Origin: Azolla caroliniana
Taxonomy: Eukaryota > Plantae > Polypodiophyta
DNA length: 64,000 bases
Direction of reading: 5' to 3'
Assembly (NCBI GenBank): GCA_043228905.1
Contig: JBHGNT010000006.1
Location: forward strand, 15,190,001 to 15,254,000
Shown one piece after another: positions 62,811 through 64,000 of this stretch. How positions within the stretch are numbered: the first letter of the stretch is position 1; each line of letters starts with the position of its first letter. Under the pieces are notes generated by a model. It made no database searches and was not told where the DNA came from. It saw only the letters and a program-made list of their open reading frames with translations. Position numbers and translations under genes: made by a program.

Positions 62811-64000
62811 TCATCCATGCCCGCTGTTGTTCACTGCATTTGTGCAGGAATCGTGGTCGCCAAAAACTGTGTTATCGCTAGGGCCGAACAATGGCCTAAC
62901 ACAGGGTGTCCCCTTGAGACACTTCACCAAAGGGGTGTTGCGGTGAGATAAAGTTAGACCGACTATTAATGGAACCCTAATCGGTTACTAAGCGGCAAGA
63001 TCATTAGTCACAATACACGTGTAGGATAAATTACACTTAGCATAGAATGGTAATTAACAATGATTAAGATACAGAACAACAACACTCTATTAATTATCCG
63101 CTCCTGATTACAATTTAACCATGCCCTTTTATAGGTCTCCGGCTCTTGGTACAAACCGGTGCCAACTGGCAACCATCTACAAACCGGTTCGGATCCGGAT
63201 CGGCATACCGATTCCGCGTCCGTCCGTTCGCTTCTCAAATCATAATAATTATATATATATATAATCAGCTCCTGGTTATTAATTATCCCCCGTTTCCCAT
63301 TTTGGACTTCCCTTGCCGGCCGGCTAACACAAAGCTTTCCGGCTCCCCCTCATCAATCAACAATACGTGCTCTGCATCTGGAAATCTCCATGGGGCTCTT
63401 CTCTCTCGGAGAGGATATCTCTGTCCTTGGTTTCTGACTACCGGTCCGTTCGTTTGTTCCTCATTCGAGTACGATTCAGGATCTTGTCCGGTTCCAGTGT
63501 CTTCTTCTTCTTCGGTCGGTTCAGTTTCTTGTCCGTATCTGGCCGGTTCGTCGAGTGTCATCCGATTGCTGGCCAACATCCGGTTTTCAACCAGGTAGGT
63601 CCTTGTGTCCTCAAACCGGTTTTCATTGGATGATCCGGAGTTCATCATCTTCTTCTCCGACTCTGAGTCGACAATGGTTCTGTCTTCCATGAAGACTATG
63701 TCCTGACACCGGAACACCTTCTTGTCGACCAGATCCCACACTCGGTAACCGAACTCATCATCGCCGTATCCAAGGAATATGCATTTCCTGGACTTTGGAT
63801 CTAGCTTTGCTCTCTTGTACTTTGCAACATGCACAGATGCAAGACACCCGAACACCTTCAGATGCCGGTAAGACACGTCTTTATCAGTCCATACTCTCTG
63901 TGGTGTGTCTTTGTCCAAGGGTACTGAGGGTGATCTATTTATCATGTAAGTCGCCGTCATCAGCACCTCAGCCTAAAATGTCTTGGGTAACTTGGCATGT

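Larger units (their letters stand above)
47383..63329 (-). mobile_element. Athila/Tat-like Gypsy element C, internally rearranged
   Basis: LTRs 47383-47848 and 62870-63329; TSD CAAAG (47378-47382, 63330-63334); PBS TGGCGACCACGAT 62850-62862 (tRNA-Arg type). Confidence 0.92.
45864..64000 (-). mobile_element. Decayed Copia element D1 (RT-RH 45864-47382; INT 63330-64000), host of elements C and B2
   Basis: EPESF|EEAK rejoined across C; LDVKTMFLHG, FTDSD; same family as D2. Confidence 0.9.

Noticed and set aside
20500-63700. Numerous antisense and alternate-frame ORFs over TE coding regions (e.g. 48674-49375, 60917-61660, 43534-44190)
   Set aside because: Shadows of GC-rich gag/pol or coiled-coil sequence with no independent motifs

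Overview
Eukaryotic, land-plant-type DNA. A non-seed plant such as a fern is an inference from the TE repertoire. The only host gene found is a 6-exon TIM10 (minus strand, 9500-12624), which I assembled by hand because the ORF track misses it. The left 17 kb holds the start of a Copia element, an old LINE 3' fragment, two non-autonomous hAT elements with 8-bp TSDs, and a nearly intact 5'-truncated RTE-X-like LINE just upstream of TIM10. From 17.4 kb to the end is a nest of about nine LTR retrotransposons; most LTRs, PBSs and TSDs can be resolved. The most distinctive system is a tRNA-Trp-primed Gypsy lineage (copies A1, A2, B1, B2). It has a Gag-PR / -1 / RT-RH-INT layout with a conserved slippery site plus H-type pseudoknot after the protease, a D-H-G protease motif, and a 4-bp TSD at ACGC. 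Other oddities: a 5S-rRNA internal-promoter fragment in an LTR-element leader, tRNA-like A/B boxes in LTRs, a chimeric Athila/Tat-like element with an inverted extra ORF and an internal PBS copy, and a hAT carrying five tandem exon-like cassettes. All calls come from manual reading; no searches or folding programs were run.
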